From Octopus vulgaris (Eukaryota): DNA of 64,000 bases. Below are positions 40,084 to 54,257 of this stretch, in pieces. Location of the stretch: NCBI GenBank assembly GCA_951406725.2, contig OX597821.1, positions 67,704,001 through 67,768,000 of the forward strand. The letters are read 5' to 3'. The position numbers and the translations under genes were made by a program. The notes beneath the pieces are model-generated. The model was not told the origin of the DNA, made no database searches, and saw only the letters and a program-made list of their open reading frames with translations. The first letter of the stretch is position 1. Each line of letters begins with the position of its first letter.

Positions 40084-40148
<65 letters not shown>

Positions 40149-40520
40149 GCATATATATATGCATATACATTCTTTCATAATACCCATGCACACGCATATA
40201 TATGTGTGTGTGTGTACACGTATCTGTGTATGTATGTGTCTATTGCGTTATGGAAGTGTGTGTGTATGTGAGTGTGTGGATGTAGATCTATATGTATGTA
40301 TATATATATATACAAACACCGCTAATGGTCATGATAGTGATGGTGGTGGTGGTCAGAGTGGTTTGTGGTTATGCTGTAAAAGAGTGGACTGGTATTGGTT
40401 AATTTGCTAACTGTATATGGTATATGCGTCATGCAGAAATAGTGGTAATCATGGCGGCGGTGGTGGTGGTGGTGGTGGTGGTGGTGGTGGTGGTGGTGGT
40501 GGTGGTGGTGGTGGTAGTGG
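39444..40520. repeat. Cluster of trinucleotide repeats (CTA)n, (GGTGCT/GGT)n, (GGT)n interleaved with (TA)n
   Basis: Visible. Confidence 0.9.
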
Positions 40521-40707
40521 TGGCGTCGGCGGCGATGTTGGCGGTGGCGGTGTTGCACTTCCTCGGACCTGCATCAAACGTGGGCTTTTACATTGTGCGT
40601 GCGAGTTTCATGATTTTGAGGAATGTATATATTTATGTATGTATGTATTTATGTATGTATGTATATATGTATGTTTGCATGTACGTATGTATGTATGTAT
40701 AGAGAGC

Positions 40708-40739
<32 letters not shown>

Positions 40740-40872
40740 ATATATTCATATATATGCATTCATTTAATATGTGTATATAATTATGTGTGAGTATATCTGC
40801 ATGTATGAATATAGCATACTGGATTGAGTCTATGTAAGCATATATTTATGTTTGAATGCCTGCTATATAGTG

Positions 40873-40941
<69 letters not shown>

Positions 40942-42254
40942 TATGCGTAAACTTGCGTATCATTGCTATTTCTGAGCTCTTGTACGTTGTACATATGTGT
41001 TTCGATGCCATGTATATCTAGATTATTAATTCTCGCCGCGTTTGCATCGTTTTAGATGAGTCTGCATGTGACTCTATGCTATACAGATATGTTTGCATAC
41101 GATCCATCTCTGTAAAAATGTCTTTCCATGGCCGAATGTGTAATGTGTGTAAAAGTGCTTATGAGAGTGTGAGCGTGCGTTATATTTTATATGAACACAT
41201 ACATCTGTTCGCGCGCCTGCATCTATAGCTAACTGAAGAATCTGGAAAAGGCAGAAGTAATTGAATATTTGCTATGTAACTTTTATCTGTAGCTTTTAAA
41301 CGACCGTAAACAAAGGCAGTATAATTTTTCATTTAATTTCAAAATCTCGATGTCACTATGAGATCTCGCGTTCTAATCGAGAAAACCTCTTCCCATTATA
41401 TCATGTTGCCATTGTTATTCCTGCAGGTACTGTTGCTATTTCTGTTATATCACTTGTTTATCACTGATAATATTTGCTAGTAACAGTACGACCGGAAGTT
41501 CTTGTTGACAAACAACAGCAGTAATTTTATACAGCTGAAAACACGTCATTGATTGATTGAAAGTACCGAAATACGAGAACTTTAACGTGAAAAAACTTCG
41601 TAAATATGAGTTTTTCTCAAAAATGCTAAGAGTAAAACATGTTTTATATGACACATTCTAGCAGTGTCCGAAGTTTGAAAGTGTTTAGTTACAAAAAAAT
41701 ATTTTTAAAAATCTGTCGGTCAAAAGTTAAAGATCCCGGCCTTGGTGCAACTAAGGAATATTCTAGTGCTTTAAACAGACATAATATACCTTGGTCTTAC
41801 GTTATCCACTGTGCTCCTTCTACAAACAATTTGAGAACATTTTGGCAGCTACTTTTCGCGGACTACATTACCACATACAGATTTTAATGTATTAAAATTT
41901 CTTTGTACTGACAAACCATCGTAAGTAAATCTAGTTGTAGTAAAATGACGATTTGTAAGTTTGACTAATATATTAAATATATTATTGTTTGAGGTTGTAT
42001 TCAAACATGAATAAAAGTTTACGACTAATCAAACAGAATATCAAATACAAAATGTACATTTGAATGCGAATACAAATGTGGAGACCCAGTTGGACGTAAA
42101 GCCACGTTTCATGTTGTTATTGTCGTATGCTTATACGATTATTAATTCTGTATTTGTAGGTCCCTGCGCTTATAATATGTAAGTGCGTTAACATTAGATT
42201 TACAAATGAGTAAGTGTTTTTCTATTTGGATAATTTTGTGTATATGTGTAAAAG

Positions 42255-42440
42255 TATGTATATATATATATTTATATATAAATACACATCTGCTTTTCTT
42301 TATGGGTGTTTACGTGTATATATATGTATATCTATCTATCTATATATCTATATATATATATATGTATATCTATCTATCTATATATCTATATATATATATG
42401 TATATCTATCTATCTATATATCTATATATATATATATACT

Positions 42441-42491
<51 letters not shown>

Positions 42492-42706
42492 TTATATATA
42501 CATATATATATATATCTATATATATATATACTTATATATACATATATATATATACTTATATATACATATATATATATACTTATATATACATATATATATA
42601 TACTTATATATATATATATATATACTTATATATACATATATATATACTTATATATATATATATATATGTATGTATATATATACTTATATATACATATATA
42701 TATATA

Positions 42707-42767
<61 letters not shown>

Positions 42768-42790
42768 CATATGTATGTATACATACATAC
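42255..42790. repeat. (TA)n with higher-order about 24-bp units
   Basis: Repeated cttatatatacatatatatatata units. Confidence 0.9.
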
Positions 42791-42792
42791 AT

Positions 42793-43092
42793 CACTGTGA
42801 CCGACCAGGCTATCAGGTGTTGCTACACATCACTGGTCACAAGGCGCGTCGCATTGTTTTAGCTTTTAAATGACGCCACCCCGCTGGCTAAGCGAGCAGG
42901 ACAACAAAAGAAAGAGTGAGAGAAAGTTGAAGCGAAAGAGTACAGCAGGGATCGCCACCATCCCCTGCCGGGCCCTCGTGGAGCTTCAGGTGTTTTGGCT
43001 CAATAAACACTCACAACGCCCAGTCTGGCAATCGAAACCGCGATCCTACGACCGCGAATCCGCTACCCTAACCACTGGACCATTGCGCTTCC
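42793..43092 (-). mobile_element. Family D-related SINE with an alternative 3' tail
   Basis: Minus-strand head ggaagcgcaatggtccagtggttagggtagcggattcgcggtcgtaggatcgcggtttcgattgcc, D-type centre (ctctttcgcttcaactttctctcactc), unrelated tail. Flanked by acatacatacat. Confidence 0.85.
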
Positions 43093-43114
43093 ACACATAC
43101 ATACATAAACAAAC

Positions 43115-43162
<48 letters not shown>

Positions 43163-43907
43163 GCGCGTGTATACATTCATGCACGGACAAGTGCAAAGCA
43201 AGGTGGAGAGAATAGCACTTGAACACCAAACGTAGAGTGGAGTGTATTAATTGAAATTGAAAAAATTCATAATCTCGAATAAAAATTCTACGTAACCCAT
43301 CTGATATAATTGACCTTTCCAAACAATACTATGGTTAATCTCTGTGTGTGTGTGTGTTTGTGTGTGTGTGACTGCATGTTTGCGTGTGTGTGTGTTTGCG
43401 ATTTCTGGTGTGTGTGTGTGTGTCCTAGTATAATGCTGTGAGTATGCTTATATTCCAACGGTAAGTTTACGTCTCGCCTGTAAAACAGGAACATCGCTCA
43501 AGATTTTTTTTCAAATTTCGATGATTTTAAGAGACGTGATTACAACTGTAACAATCAGCTTAAACCAAAAGACAAAAGACGTATCCCGTCTGCATGTAAC
43601 ACCAATGCTTCTCAACCATATTTTTACCTATGGACTCTTCTGATTCCTACTTTATGAGGGTGGACCCCCCCACAACTATTACAGGTTTAGAAAATTCTAT
43701 AGTATTTTTATAATTTTTGTCATATTTGGTGAAGTGAAGAACGAATATATGGTGCATGCTGTTAATTAAAAAATATGGCTATCCCCAAATTTAATATCTA
43801 TTTCAATACGCTATTACACATCAGGAATCTTGCAAAACAAATACGTAAACTTTGATAAAATTATAATTATTATTAGGAATTGTATAAAACATTCGTTAAA
43901 ACATTTT

Positions 43908-44509
43908 GGCGTGGCTGTGTGGTATGAGGCTTGTTTCCCAACCACATGGTTTCTGGTTCAATCCTACTGCGTGGTACCTTGGGCAAATGTCTTCTACTAT
44001 AGCTTCGGGCCCACCAACACCCCGTGAGGGAATTTGGGAGAGGGAAACTGGAAGAAGCCCCTCGTATATATGTAATGATAGCTCCAATCTCGAGTTCTAA
44101 TATTGCCATTGCCTGATCGAAAGTTCCAAACATGCAAAAGCTAGGACCAGCCATTTTTGTGATAGGTCTTACTTTTTTTTCAAGCGATGCTTGTGCATGA
44201 TGATTTTTCTATAATAGCGAAAGGATTTGCACAAATCCAATCCCACTCTCTGAACATGGTGGGGAGTAACTGCGCACCTGTACACCAACCCAGGTACTTT
44301 CACGTCTCTGCGCATACATACATACATACTATATGATACCCGTTGACTGCTCATGAGCTCTTCCGCCCTTTGACAGGTCTTATTTTTCGTCCTGCAACAT
44401 GTCCTACAATCACCCTCCTCACCAAGCAAGCTTTGATAGGGTTGCCAGATTAGTCGCCGACGACCCGACCATGCAACAGGTTGTACAGTGTTACATGTAT
44501 GTGTGTATT

Positions 44510-44557
<48 letters not shown>

Positions 44558-44768
44558 TTGTGCCTGTCCACCACCACCGCTTTACAACCGGTGATGGTAT
44601 ATTTACGTCCCTGTAACTTAGCGCTTTGGAAAAAGTGATCGATAGAATAAGTACCAGTCTTAGCAAAAATATCAAGTACTGGGGTCGATACATTCGACTA
44701 AAAATTTTCAAGTCGGTGCCCCAGCATGGCCGCAGTCAAATAACTAAAACAAGTAAAAGATTGTAAAA
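43908..44768 (+). mobile_element. Older family A SINE split at its internal microsatellite (5' half 43908-44073, 3' half about 44495-44768)
   Basis: The two halves are colinear with family A and separated by about 420 bp of foreign sequence. Confidence 0.75.
44075..44315 (-). mobile_element. Probable 5' end (TIR, leader, first codons) of an old mariner-type element
   Basis: Terminal tatgcgcagagacgtgaaagtacctgg resembles mariner TACGAGG..TGAAAAGT.CCTGG TIRs, followed by ATG MAILELEIGAII (ME..E.RAVI-like). Confidence 0.35.
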
Positions 44769-45066
44769 GCTGAGCGAATTTATAGCACATAAACTTTAAG
44801 AACCAGATGTTATATAGATCCTCAAGGGTCATATGGATATCGATTTTGGACCACTGGTTTTCACTAATGGTTTGCATGTGGCAGGACTTGTCTTAAAAAA
44901 AAAGCAGACGAAGGATTAAATCTGCTACCCAAACACAACTAAAATCTACCCGGAAGGATACATTCTGATGAGTCTCTATCTGCTCAGTTTGAAAAATAAA
45001 TCCTGGATAAAGTCATGTTTCCGCAAAAAGAAAAAGAAATTAAAATAACAACAAACGCAAAAATTA

Positions 45067-45456
45067 CTGTGTAGCAAGAAGCTTGCTTCTCAACCACATG
45101 GCTCCGGGTTCAGTCCTACTGCGTGGCACCTTGGGCAAGTGTCTTCTACTATAGCCTCGGGCCGACTAAAGCCTTGTGAGTGGATTTGGTAGACGGAAAC
45201 TGAAAGAAGCCTGTCGTATATGTACGTGTGTGTGTATTTGTTTGTGTCTGTGTCTGTTCCCCCCAACATCGCTTGACAAGCGATGCTGGTGTGTTTACGT
45301 CCCCGTAACTTAGCGGTTCGGCAAAAGAGACCGATAGAATAAGTACTAGGTTTACAAAGAATAAGTCCTGGCGTCGATTTGCCCGACTAAAGGCGGTGCT
45401 CCAGCATGGCCGCAGTCAAATGACAGAAACAAGCAAAAGAGTAAAAAGAGTAAGGA

Positions 45457-45457
<1 letters not shown>
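45067..45457 (+). mobile_element. SINE family A
   Basis: Head slightly eroded; body and tail match the family. Confidence 0.92.
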
Positions 45458-45521
<64 letters not shown>

Positions 45522-45560
45522 TATTTATAATTATAATTATATTTATATTTATATTTATTT

Positions 45561-45780
45561 GTGTGTACCATTGTGTCTGTGTTTGTCTCCCCGCCATCGC
45601 TTGACGACCGATGTTTGATGTGTTTACGTCCTCGTAATCTAGCGGTTCGGCAAAAGAGACCGATAGAATAAGTACTAGGGTTACAAAGTATAAGACCAGC
45701 GCTCGATTTCTACTACTAAAACCCCTTAAGGCGGTGGTCCAAACTGGCCGCAGTTAAATGACTGAAACAAGTAAAAAAAA
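45561..45780 (+). mobile_element. Extra 3' half of a family A SINE
   Basis: gtgtctgtgtttgtctccccgccatcgcttgac...gactgaaacaagtaaaa follows (TA)n directly behind the previous copy. Confidence 0.88.
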
Positions 45781-46225
45781 ATAATGGTAAAAATATATGA
45801 TGCACCATGCTGTTGATCGAAATCGGAATCATGCAGGTGTGAAACAAACTTCATAACCGCACGGCCACAGGCTACGATACGCAAACCATTTATTTGTGTT
45901 TCGTCGTCTAACAGAAATGTATCCATTCCGTGATATGAAAAGCTGTGTATGTGACGTAACACCACTTAAGCTATTTGACCTGCATCGGAACACCTGTGTC
46001 ATTAATCCTTCGCCACACAACGTAGCACATATACCAGTTGTTTGAAATTCTTCAAAAGAATTATATGTCAATCCTTCCCTCACCCACAAACCAAGAAATT
46101 AATATAATTAAAAGCGTATTTAATTAATTCAATTTTTCAGCTTGTTTTAAAGAGAACACCTGGTGCTTGGTTATTTCTTGTCTTTGTTGTTTAGCATACG
46201 CACAAACACGTGCGTGTGTATATAT

Positions 46226-46327
<102 letters not shown>

Positions 46328-46511
46328 GTGTGTGTATGTATGTGTGTATGTGTATGTATATATATATATATATATATGTATGTATATGTGTGTATATATA
46401 TATATGTATGTATGTATGTATACATACGTACATATGCGTACATGCATATGTGTTTGTGGAATCAGCACATGCATACAAATATAGGTGTGTGTGTGTGTGT
46501 GTGCGTGTGCG

Positions 46512-46573
<62 letters not shown>

Positions 46574-47162
46574 TTTGTGTGTTTACAAATACACGAGTTA
46601 ATGGTCTGCAAAAACGAAACAACGTTGCACTCAAGACATTTGATAGGATAACATATATTTTAATAACAGTTAGCTTAGATTCACATTACTTACTATTTCG
46701 TGGCCTCGTATGACGGACCCGTCCATCAGATATCTCAAGATCAATATGTGTGCATATACAAATTTATATATGCATTTATATATGAATGCATGTATACATA
46801 CGTATACATACACATATATATATATATATATATATATTTACATTTATATATGTACATACATACTTATATAAATATATGTATACATATCACATATAAACAC
46901 GCGCCGAAATCGGGGGGAATAAACGAAAGATTCATGAAAAGTTTAAATTACACACCAATTGGTTTCAGGATTACGGGGATCCTACTTTCCATCATCAGTG
47001 CAATATAACACAATGCACATAAATACGAAAAATTATACATGCCACATACACACACACACAAATACACGTGCACACACACACACTCTCACACATACACACA
47101 CATACACTCACTCACACTCACACACACACACACATACACTCACTCACACACACACACATACA

Positions 47163-48390
47163 TATATATATAAAAATTCTGTTCTGCCTCTGTCTGTTTG
47201 TGCGCTTATAACTCGAGTATTGTTCATCCGATCGTGCTGAAATTTTAAACATCCATACATGAGAGAGTTGAACATTCTGTAATCTAAAAATATTTTCAAA
47301 ATCTTTAGTTTCAAAGTGAGAATCGCTATTTTTGTAATCTTTATTGTACTGTTTGTTCTGCTATTAAAGCAACCAGTTGCTCACACAGCCGGCACATACC
47401 ATTTCGCTAGCAGCAAGGGTTGTAAAGGATGACAGTCAGCCAAAACCGTCGCTATGCTGTCTCTCTTCTTTCCTCTCTCTCTGGGGTTAATAATCTTTAG
47501 TTACAGTTTCTCATTCAAACTACATAATAGGCAGAATTGTCAGATTAAGACAGTAGGGTGTTTTGAGAGAGATTTGGCTACTATTTCTACCAGGTCTAGC
47601 TACCATGCAGTGGTCTGCCTCATTGATATTATATATTCCTTATGCTTTCCGAAAACGAGTTACAGATTTTGACGTATGGGGTATCAAAAGATTCAGTACT
47701 TAATTTCCATTCACATATTTGCATTTTCCATAATCTTTTCCATAAATCAACTATCGTAAAAATTATTATATGATGATGTCACTCTCGCCCTCTTTTTCTC
47801 TCACATACACACGCGCAAGAACGCACGCACGCACACACACACACACGTCCATTTTATACAGACGTACATACATCTTTCACTTTCTATTTCAGTTCTTTTC
47901 GCTTTCTTTTCTTTCAATTTCTGCTTTCTTCAAATAAAATTCTTACGGATACAACTACTTGCAATAGTACAGCAAATGCATGTAGCAGTACTTAATGCTG
48001 GGTCATCAAATCAATGTTTTCGGATATGATCCATTGCCTTCTTATAAAAATAATAATTCTCTCCAAATGGGTGTGCTAAACACAAATCTTTTCTGTAGAG
48101 CTTTAACATTTTCAAATGGAACAAATGGTATGTACTACTCAAGCGATCAGGTAACATTGCCAGCACTACCAGCTCCTTCTAAACCTCTTATGAATCTTCT
48201 AGAAGGCATTTCCATCCAGTCAAAGGATTTTCTGAGCAATACAACTCTGCAAATGGCGACGTCAAAGTTCAAGGGCAAGTCTATCACCTCATTGGTTCCC
48301 TGTTACCCACAAATGAACAACCACAGTTCCTCCAAATTTACTTTATGAGTGATGTAGGACAACAAACCCGAAGGAGGTGTCAACATTTCA
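47163..48390 (+). mobile_element. 5' portion of an autonomous-type Helitron (Rep N-terminal region), internally deleted
   Basis: 5' end tatatatataaaaattctg..ctgtctgtttgtgcgcttataactc. Coding remnant CRALTFSNGTNGMYYSSDQVTLPALPAPSKPLMNLL...SKDFL, YNSA, KVQGQVYHLIGSLLPTNEQPQFLQIYFM matches conserved Helitron Rep/Hel N-terminal motifs. Confidence 0.85.
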
Positions 48391-48896
48391 CATGATGGGT
48401 CGTGTTAGACACAGGGCCAACTGCTGCAAAAGAGAATATATCCACTGACAGCTCCTCGGTGCGTTCAAAAATCACATAGCCCCAACAGGTTAAGGCCTGA
48501 AATACTCCAAAGTTGTGTAGTGACAATCAACAACATTGAAGATCCCATGTTGTTCGCTCGAGATGAATAACTAGAAGCACTTGGTAAAAATATTGGTTGA
48601 CTGTACTGTCGGATTCTAAGATTCTTGAAATGTACCTTGCCATTATGGAACGCTAAGATGGTACGAAATACAAAGGAAGTCGTCCAGCAATCTGATACAG
48701 TTTATCGAAAATACTACTTGAATATTCCAGGGCAATTGTGTATCTATACTTCTGTTTCCTCTGGCACATTCTTACATAAAAGTAAATGTCTGTAAGATTG
48801 GAAGGATCAATGCAATTCATATTTCATTTTGGATGTGAATGTAAGTATAAGCCAAGTTCTAGATGCTGCAGGAAAAAATGTAGGGTATGAATAAGA

Positions 48897-48907
48897 ACGA
48901 CGACGTC

Positions 48908-48956
<49 letters not shown>

Positions 48957-49145
48957 ATGATGACGACGACGACGACGACGACGATGAGGATGTTGAGAAT
49001 TATGATGAAGACGACGACTATGAGGTTGATGATGATGATGAGGAGGAGGAGGAGGAGGAGAAAGAAGAAGAAGAAGAAGAAGAAGAAGAAGAAGAAGAAG
49101 AAGAAGAAGAAGAAGAAGAAGAAGAAGAAGAAGAAGAAGAAGAAA
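48897..49145. repeat. Compound trinucleotide run (GAC)(GCT)(GAT)(GAC)(GAG)(GAA)n
   Basis: Visible; adjacent units usually differ by one base. Confidence 0.95.
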
Positions 49146-49584
49146 AAGGGGAGGAAGGGTTTGATGAAACATCAAGAGGAGTCGAAGAACGAGCGTAACG
49201 GAGAGGATTTCCGATGCTAAATCTTATTCCCTGATGCAACGAGGTGATATCGTCGTCCTTCCAAGTATTGCATTCCATTTACAATATTACTTCGCGATTG
49301 GATACAACTCTCATACAAACATGCACACATACAGATCGGTTAATCGGTAGATCAATAGACAGACAAATACCGACATATATATGCTAATACCTGCCCCCTC
49401 CTCACTCTCTTTCTCTCTCTCTCTCTATACAATGTTTCACGATATCTGTGACGTACTCTCTGTATAAAGGCGAACACATGACCATGTAAATAGAATTATT
49501 TCAAGATACACGATGAAATGAATATACACTGTATGTACGATATATACATACCAAATACGCATGCAAATATATGTACACAAACAC

Positions 49585-49627
<43 letters not shown>

Positions 49628-49999
49628 CATATATATATTATGCGTGTATGTATGAATTTAATGATACCAACACGCACATAGGAACATAGAACATACAGAT
49701 TTCTACGTATGCGTGTGTATGAATGTGCTTAACAGAGAGACAGGGCATTTCATAAGCGCTAATATGTGTATTTATGCGTTTATAGGGCCACACTGATGCT
49801 AGGAAGTTAGAATCCATTAATAAATGTTTCGTCACACACAAGACACAGATAGCATGCACACACACACACACACATACACACACACATACACACACTAACA
49901 CGCACATATACAGGCAAACTAGTTATATGTGTCTGCACATGAGATTTTACGCGCGTTTGTGCGCGTGAAGGTGCGTATATACGTGCGTGCTCCGTCTCT

Positions 50000-50063
<64 letters not shown>

Positions 50064-50216
50064 CTTGGTACGAATTTAATAACTGATTAACAGTTATCTC
50101 ACAAACGCATGCTCGCTCTCAATCTTATATGCATACGTGTGTGTGTATGTGTGTGTGCGCGCGCTGTATGTGTGTGTGTGTTTGCGTGTGAACATCTATA
50201 TGCATATATATATGTA

Positions 50217-50248
<32 letters not shown>

Positions 50249-50750
50249 CTGTATAATGTATGTATGTATGCACGTATGTATGTATGTATGTATGTATGTA
50301 TGTATGTATGTATGTATGTATGTATGTATTTATGTATAAAGGAGTATGGCGGAGGTGAGCGGATTCGAGATTAAGCATCCATTTATATTATTAATTGTTA
50401 CGGGAATTCATGAAATCTTCATAATGAAAAGGTAAGAGTAATTGCTCTGCAAACAGATATACACTCACACACACACTCAGACACGCACACATGCACCAAC
50501 AGTTGTACTGCCTTCTTCGTATTCTAACAGTAAAAAGAAACGTCCTTGTCTTTTGCGTGGGAAACCATACAGAAATTTTAATTCAGGGCTGGAACATAAT
50601 TAACATACGCTATTGTTAGAAATTTATGACGGCCGCTCCATACAATGAGCTCATACAATAAGCTATACTCTGGTGAGACATTTGTATCACTAATCAATGT
50701 ATGCAATGTTGTAGAGGATGACAACCGTGCAACGAACGCATTCTCGGTAC

Positions 50751-50817
<67 letters not shown>

Positions 50818-50829
50818 TGAATGAATTAT

Positions 50830-51640
50830 ATTTTGTTTACAGTTAACATGGAAAATTCAATAAACAGTTATCAGGGTAGCAAAATTCACGCAAAGAGCAA
50901 GGATGTAGCGACCTATTTAAATGTAGAAACTCAGGGTTAATGTGCAGTAATTTGTATAGTATAAGTAAATTAATGGAGTAGAACGCAGGTGTTATTCAAA
51001 TTCTTTTACTTGCGACATATGTTTCGAAGATAGTATTGGTTTTATTCCAAAGGAATAAACGGTGTAAAATAATGTAATCTTCTCATCAGGAAAGAAAGAG
51101 AACCTATCTCATCAACAAGACATTATAACAATTTTGATGACTGCATAAATGATAAACAGAACGCTATTAAGTATTTTTTTTTTAAATCGTTAATAGATCT
51201 GACGTCAAAGGCAGAACCTAGGAAGAGAAGGGGTAAAGATATAATAAGTAGAGAACAAATAAAGAGGGATATATTAGTTGAAAAAATGTTCAAAGGCTTG
51301 GAAGTAGATTTCTCTATTGAAGTAAAGTGCAAGCTGAACTAAATGTTCAAACTATACAGACTGGTATAAATCATTTATATGAGCTAAAGGTATGTTTCTG
51401 CCAGTGCTTACATTTGTAAGATCGCTCTATAACTCTTCCATATTCTCTTCTTAGAGAAGAGAATATAGAAGATTCAGAGTTGCAAATGTTACAAAACCCT
51501 TTGCCCTTGTCATTAGGGAAAGAGATGGACAGGATGAACCAATCTAACTTAAAATCCTTATTGTTGTCTTTAAGATACCAAACCAATGCTAGACCACTGG
51601 TGTAAAATCGATGTTAATTAAAATTGATATCTAATTTCTC
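50830..51640 (-). mobile_element. PLE 3' end: GIY-YIG C-terminus plus pseudo-LTR
   Basis: ORF 51371..51586 VWYLKDNNKDFKLDWFIL...FCNICNSE...YKCKHWQK matches IW.LK....I.W.I...CxLC..E...KCRH. The downstream region is homologous to 31255-31945 and abuts (TA)n. Confidence 0.8.
51008..51094 (-). ncRNA. Type I hammerhead ribozyme motif with intact catalytic core
   Basis: ctttc CTGATGA gaagat-[large loop containing tttattcc-ttt-ggaataaa hairpin]-atcttc GAAA catatGTC gcaag. Stem II is 6 bp, stem III is palindromic ACATATGT, the cleavage triplet is GUC, and stem I has 1 mismatch. Confidence 0.75.
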
Positions 51641-52069
51641 ACCCTCAGTTTAAATTTAAATTTAAATTAATACGTTCTCTAACTGGCAAAGGCCACTGCA
51701 GTAAAGTATTTTCTGCAGAATAATTTTTTCCGGTAATTTAGCGCACCAAAACGAGGACATTTGAAATAGTAACCACGAGTGTATAGGGTAGAACTGTTAA
51801 CAAATCTGACTGTGTGCGGACGTCCTAGTATGCAGTCCTGCAAATTATATTCATCTGGACGGTCACACCGATGATGTACGGACATTTACGTAAGTAAAAT
51901 TACGTAATATGTTAATAGTGAAACATGTATGTGAATAATCCATACTTTTTTTGCTTTTTCTTTTGTCTTGCTCGATTACGTTTTGGTTGTTTTGCTAAAT
52001 TTTTCTTGAGAACATTTCTTAGTGGTAAGACCATAGCGGATCTATTTCTAGCATATGGGTTTCCCTCTA

Positions 52070-52128
<59 letters not shown>

Positions 52129-52439
52129 TACACATTACCTGATACAAATATACATATTCACATACATTCGTGTGTTTGCAGATTTTTGTGTTGTATAAAC
52201 GCTTGCAGGAACGATATGAGAGCCTTCATCGTACAACAGAAGATAAATATTAAAATTTGCAGTCCGTGAATAATAATGGATGATATATACTGAATAATCC
52301 ATTAAAAAAAATTAAAATCAGCCAATTACTGAAGCACCAATTTGTATTTTACAGTTCGTCGTTTACATTCTGGTTTTGTGATATAGTAAAGGGCATATCT
52401 CCTAATGTATTATATTGGAATGAACTCTGTCCGTGTATT

Positions 52440-53107
52440 TAAAGGTGGCGTATGTGGATTTGTAATGTGTGTCTAAGTTTAGTAGGATTTAGAATAGTTT
52501 GTTGAATTTGTAATTGATCTATTTACTTAATAAATTGATAATATATTGGAAGCAGTGCATGTATAGTTAAACATGTAAAGTAGGTACTTATAATATTGGA
52601 AGGAAGGTGGGGGAAAGATTTAAATTAAATTGTTATATAGTAGAGATTATGAAATGTAAAGGATTTGAAAGTATCAATGAATTTGATATTATATTTTGTA
52701 GTGATTTACCGGAAGACTTCATGCTATAAATAGCAGAGATTCTAGTGATTGGTTTTCGGTTCAAACAAAGAAAGTATATGGAAAGAGTTTAATTACCTCC
52801 GCTAAATAGCTATGCATGGATCCATTAAATCAATTGTTGATATAATCTTCCCGCGAATCTATAGGTATACATGAAATGTCGAGAAAGGGTTAGGATCTGA
52901 TCTGATGTTGAGAAACTCTACAGTGTTATTAATGTCATCTACAATGTCAGTCGTATAATATAAAATAATACCGGTGGCATTGGTATAGATATTATTATGC
53001 GTTATAGAATATACCATCTCATAGGTTGCTTTGATATCATTTGACAGCACGGAGATATGTACCCACGTTGCTTTACACAGCTTAGGAACACAAAATAAGA
53101 CACTCAT
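52440..53107 (-). mobile_element. Possible very decayed PLE RT N-terminal remnant
   Basis: LFCVPKLCK...ATYE...INNTVEFL resembles LYGLPKIHK...PTY...IKNT..F. Weak. Confidence 0.25.
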
Positions 53108-53144
53108 TACAATAATTATGAGGTTATATTAGAAATGATTGGTC

Positions 53145-53247
<103 letters not shown>

Positions 53248-53373
53248 AACTCGTCAATAGATGTACTTGGTAAGGACCTTCTAATGAGGGTCTGAAATTT
53301 TAGCATAAGCCTTATATATTTCTTTGATTTTTACCTTCATCCTAACAACCAATGACAACCATATCACGTTGAG

Positions 53374-53485
53374 GGCCACATCACGTTGAAAGCACCGGTT
53401 TTCGGCCGATCAGCGAAGTTAAACAACGTCGAGCCTAGTTAGTACTTACATGGGTGACCGCTTGAGAAATCTAGGTGCTGCAAGC
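53374..53485 (+). pseudogene. 5S rRNA: 5S rRNA pseudogene (near full length) with a partial 5' duplication at 53355-53372
   Basis: ggccacatcacgttgaaagcaccggttttcggccgatcagcgaagttaaacaacgtcgagcctagttagtacttacatgggtgaccgcttgagaaatctaggtgctgcaagc aligns with metazoan/mollusc 5S rRNA. The C-box has GG>AC, the first about 6 nt are missing, and there is no oligo-T terminator. Confidence 0.92.
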
Positions 53486-53499
53486 GTCACACATATATA

Positions 53500-53682
53500 G
53501 GCGTAGGAGTGGTTGTGTGGTAGTAGCTTGCTTACCAACCACATTGCTCCGGGTTCAGTTACACTGCTTGGCACCTTGGACAAGTGCCTTCTACTATAGC
53601 CTCGGGCCGACCAAAGCCTTGTGAGTGGATTTGGTGGACGGAAACTGAAAGAAGCCCGTCGTATATATGTATATGTATATGT
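53500..53682 (+). mobile_element. 5' half of a family A SINE
   Basis: Head through gaagcccgtcgtatatatg; ends at the internal microsatellite. Confidence 0.9.
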
Positions 53683-53800
53683 ATAAAGATATAACTTTGT
53701 CAATTTTGCAATTTGAGAAGAAATTGAAAACTTTACTGATTGTCAAAATTCAAGTTAATTCTAATTAAATTTAATTTAGATATTGAAATACTAAGACTGA

Positions 53801-54257
<457 letters not shown>

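Noticed and set aside
39741-40767. Poly-His/Gly/Thr ORFs suggestive of a transcription factor low-complexity region
   Set aside because: Trinucleotide SSRs interleaved with (TA)n; no domain.
48887-49198. 103-aa acidic poly-A/D/E ORF resembling a nucleolin- or prothymosin-like protein
   Set aside because: A compound trinucleotide microsatellite, also open in other frames (poly-K, poly-L, poly-S), with no complex coding flanks or splice context.
53374-53485. Functional 5S rRNA gene
   Set aside because: Missing 5' nucleotides, mutated A- and C-boxes, no terminator, not in a tandem array.
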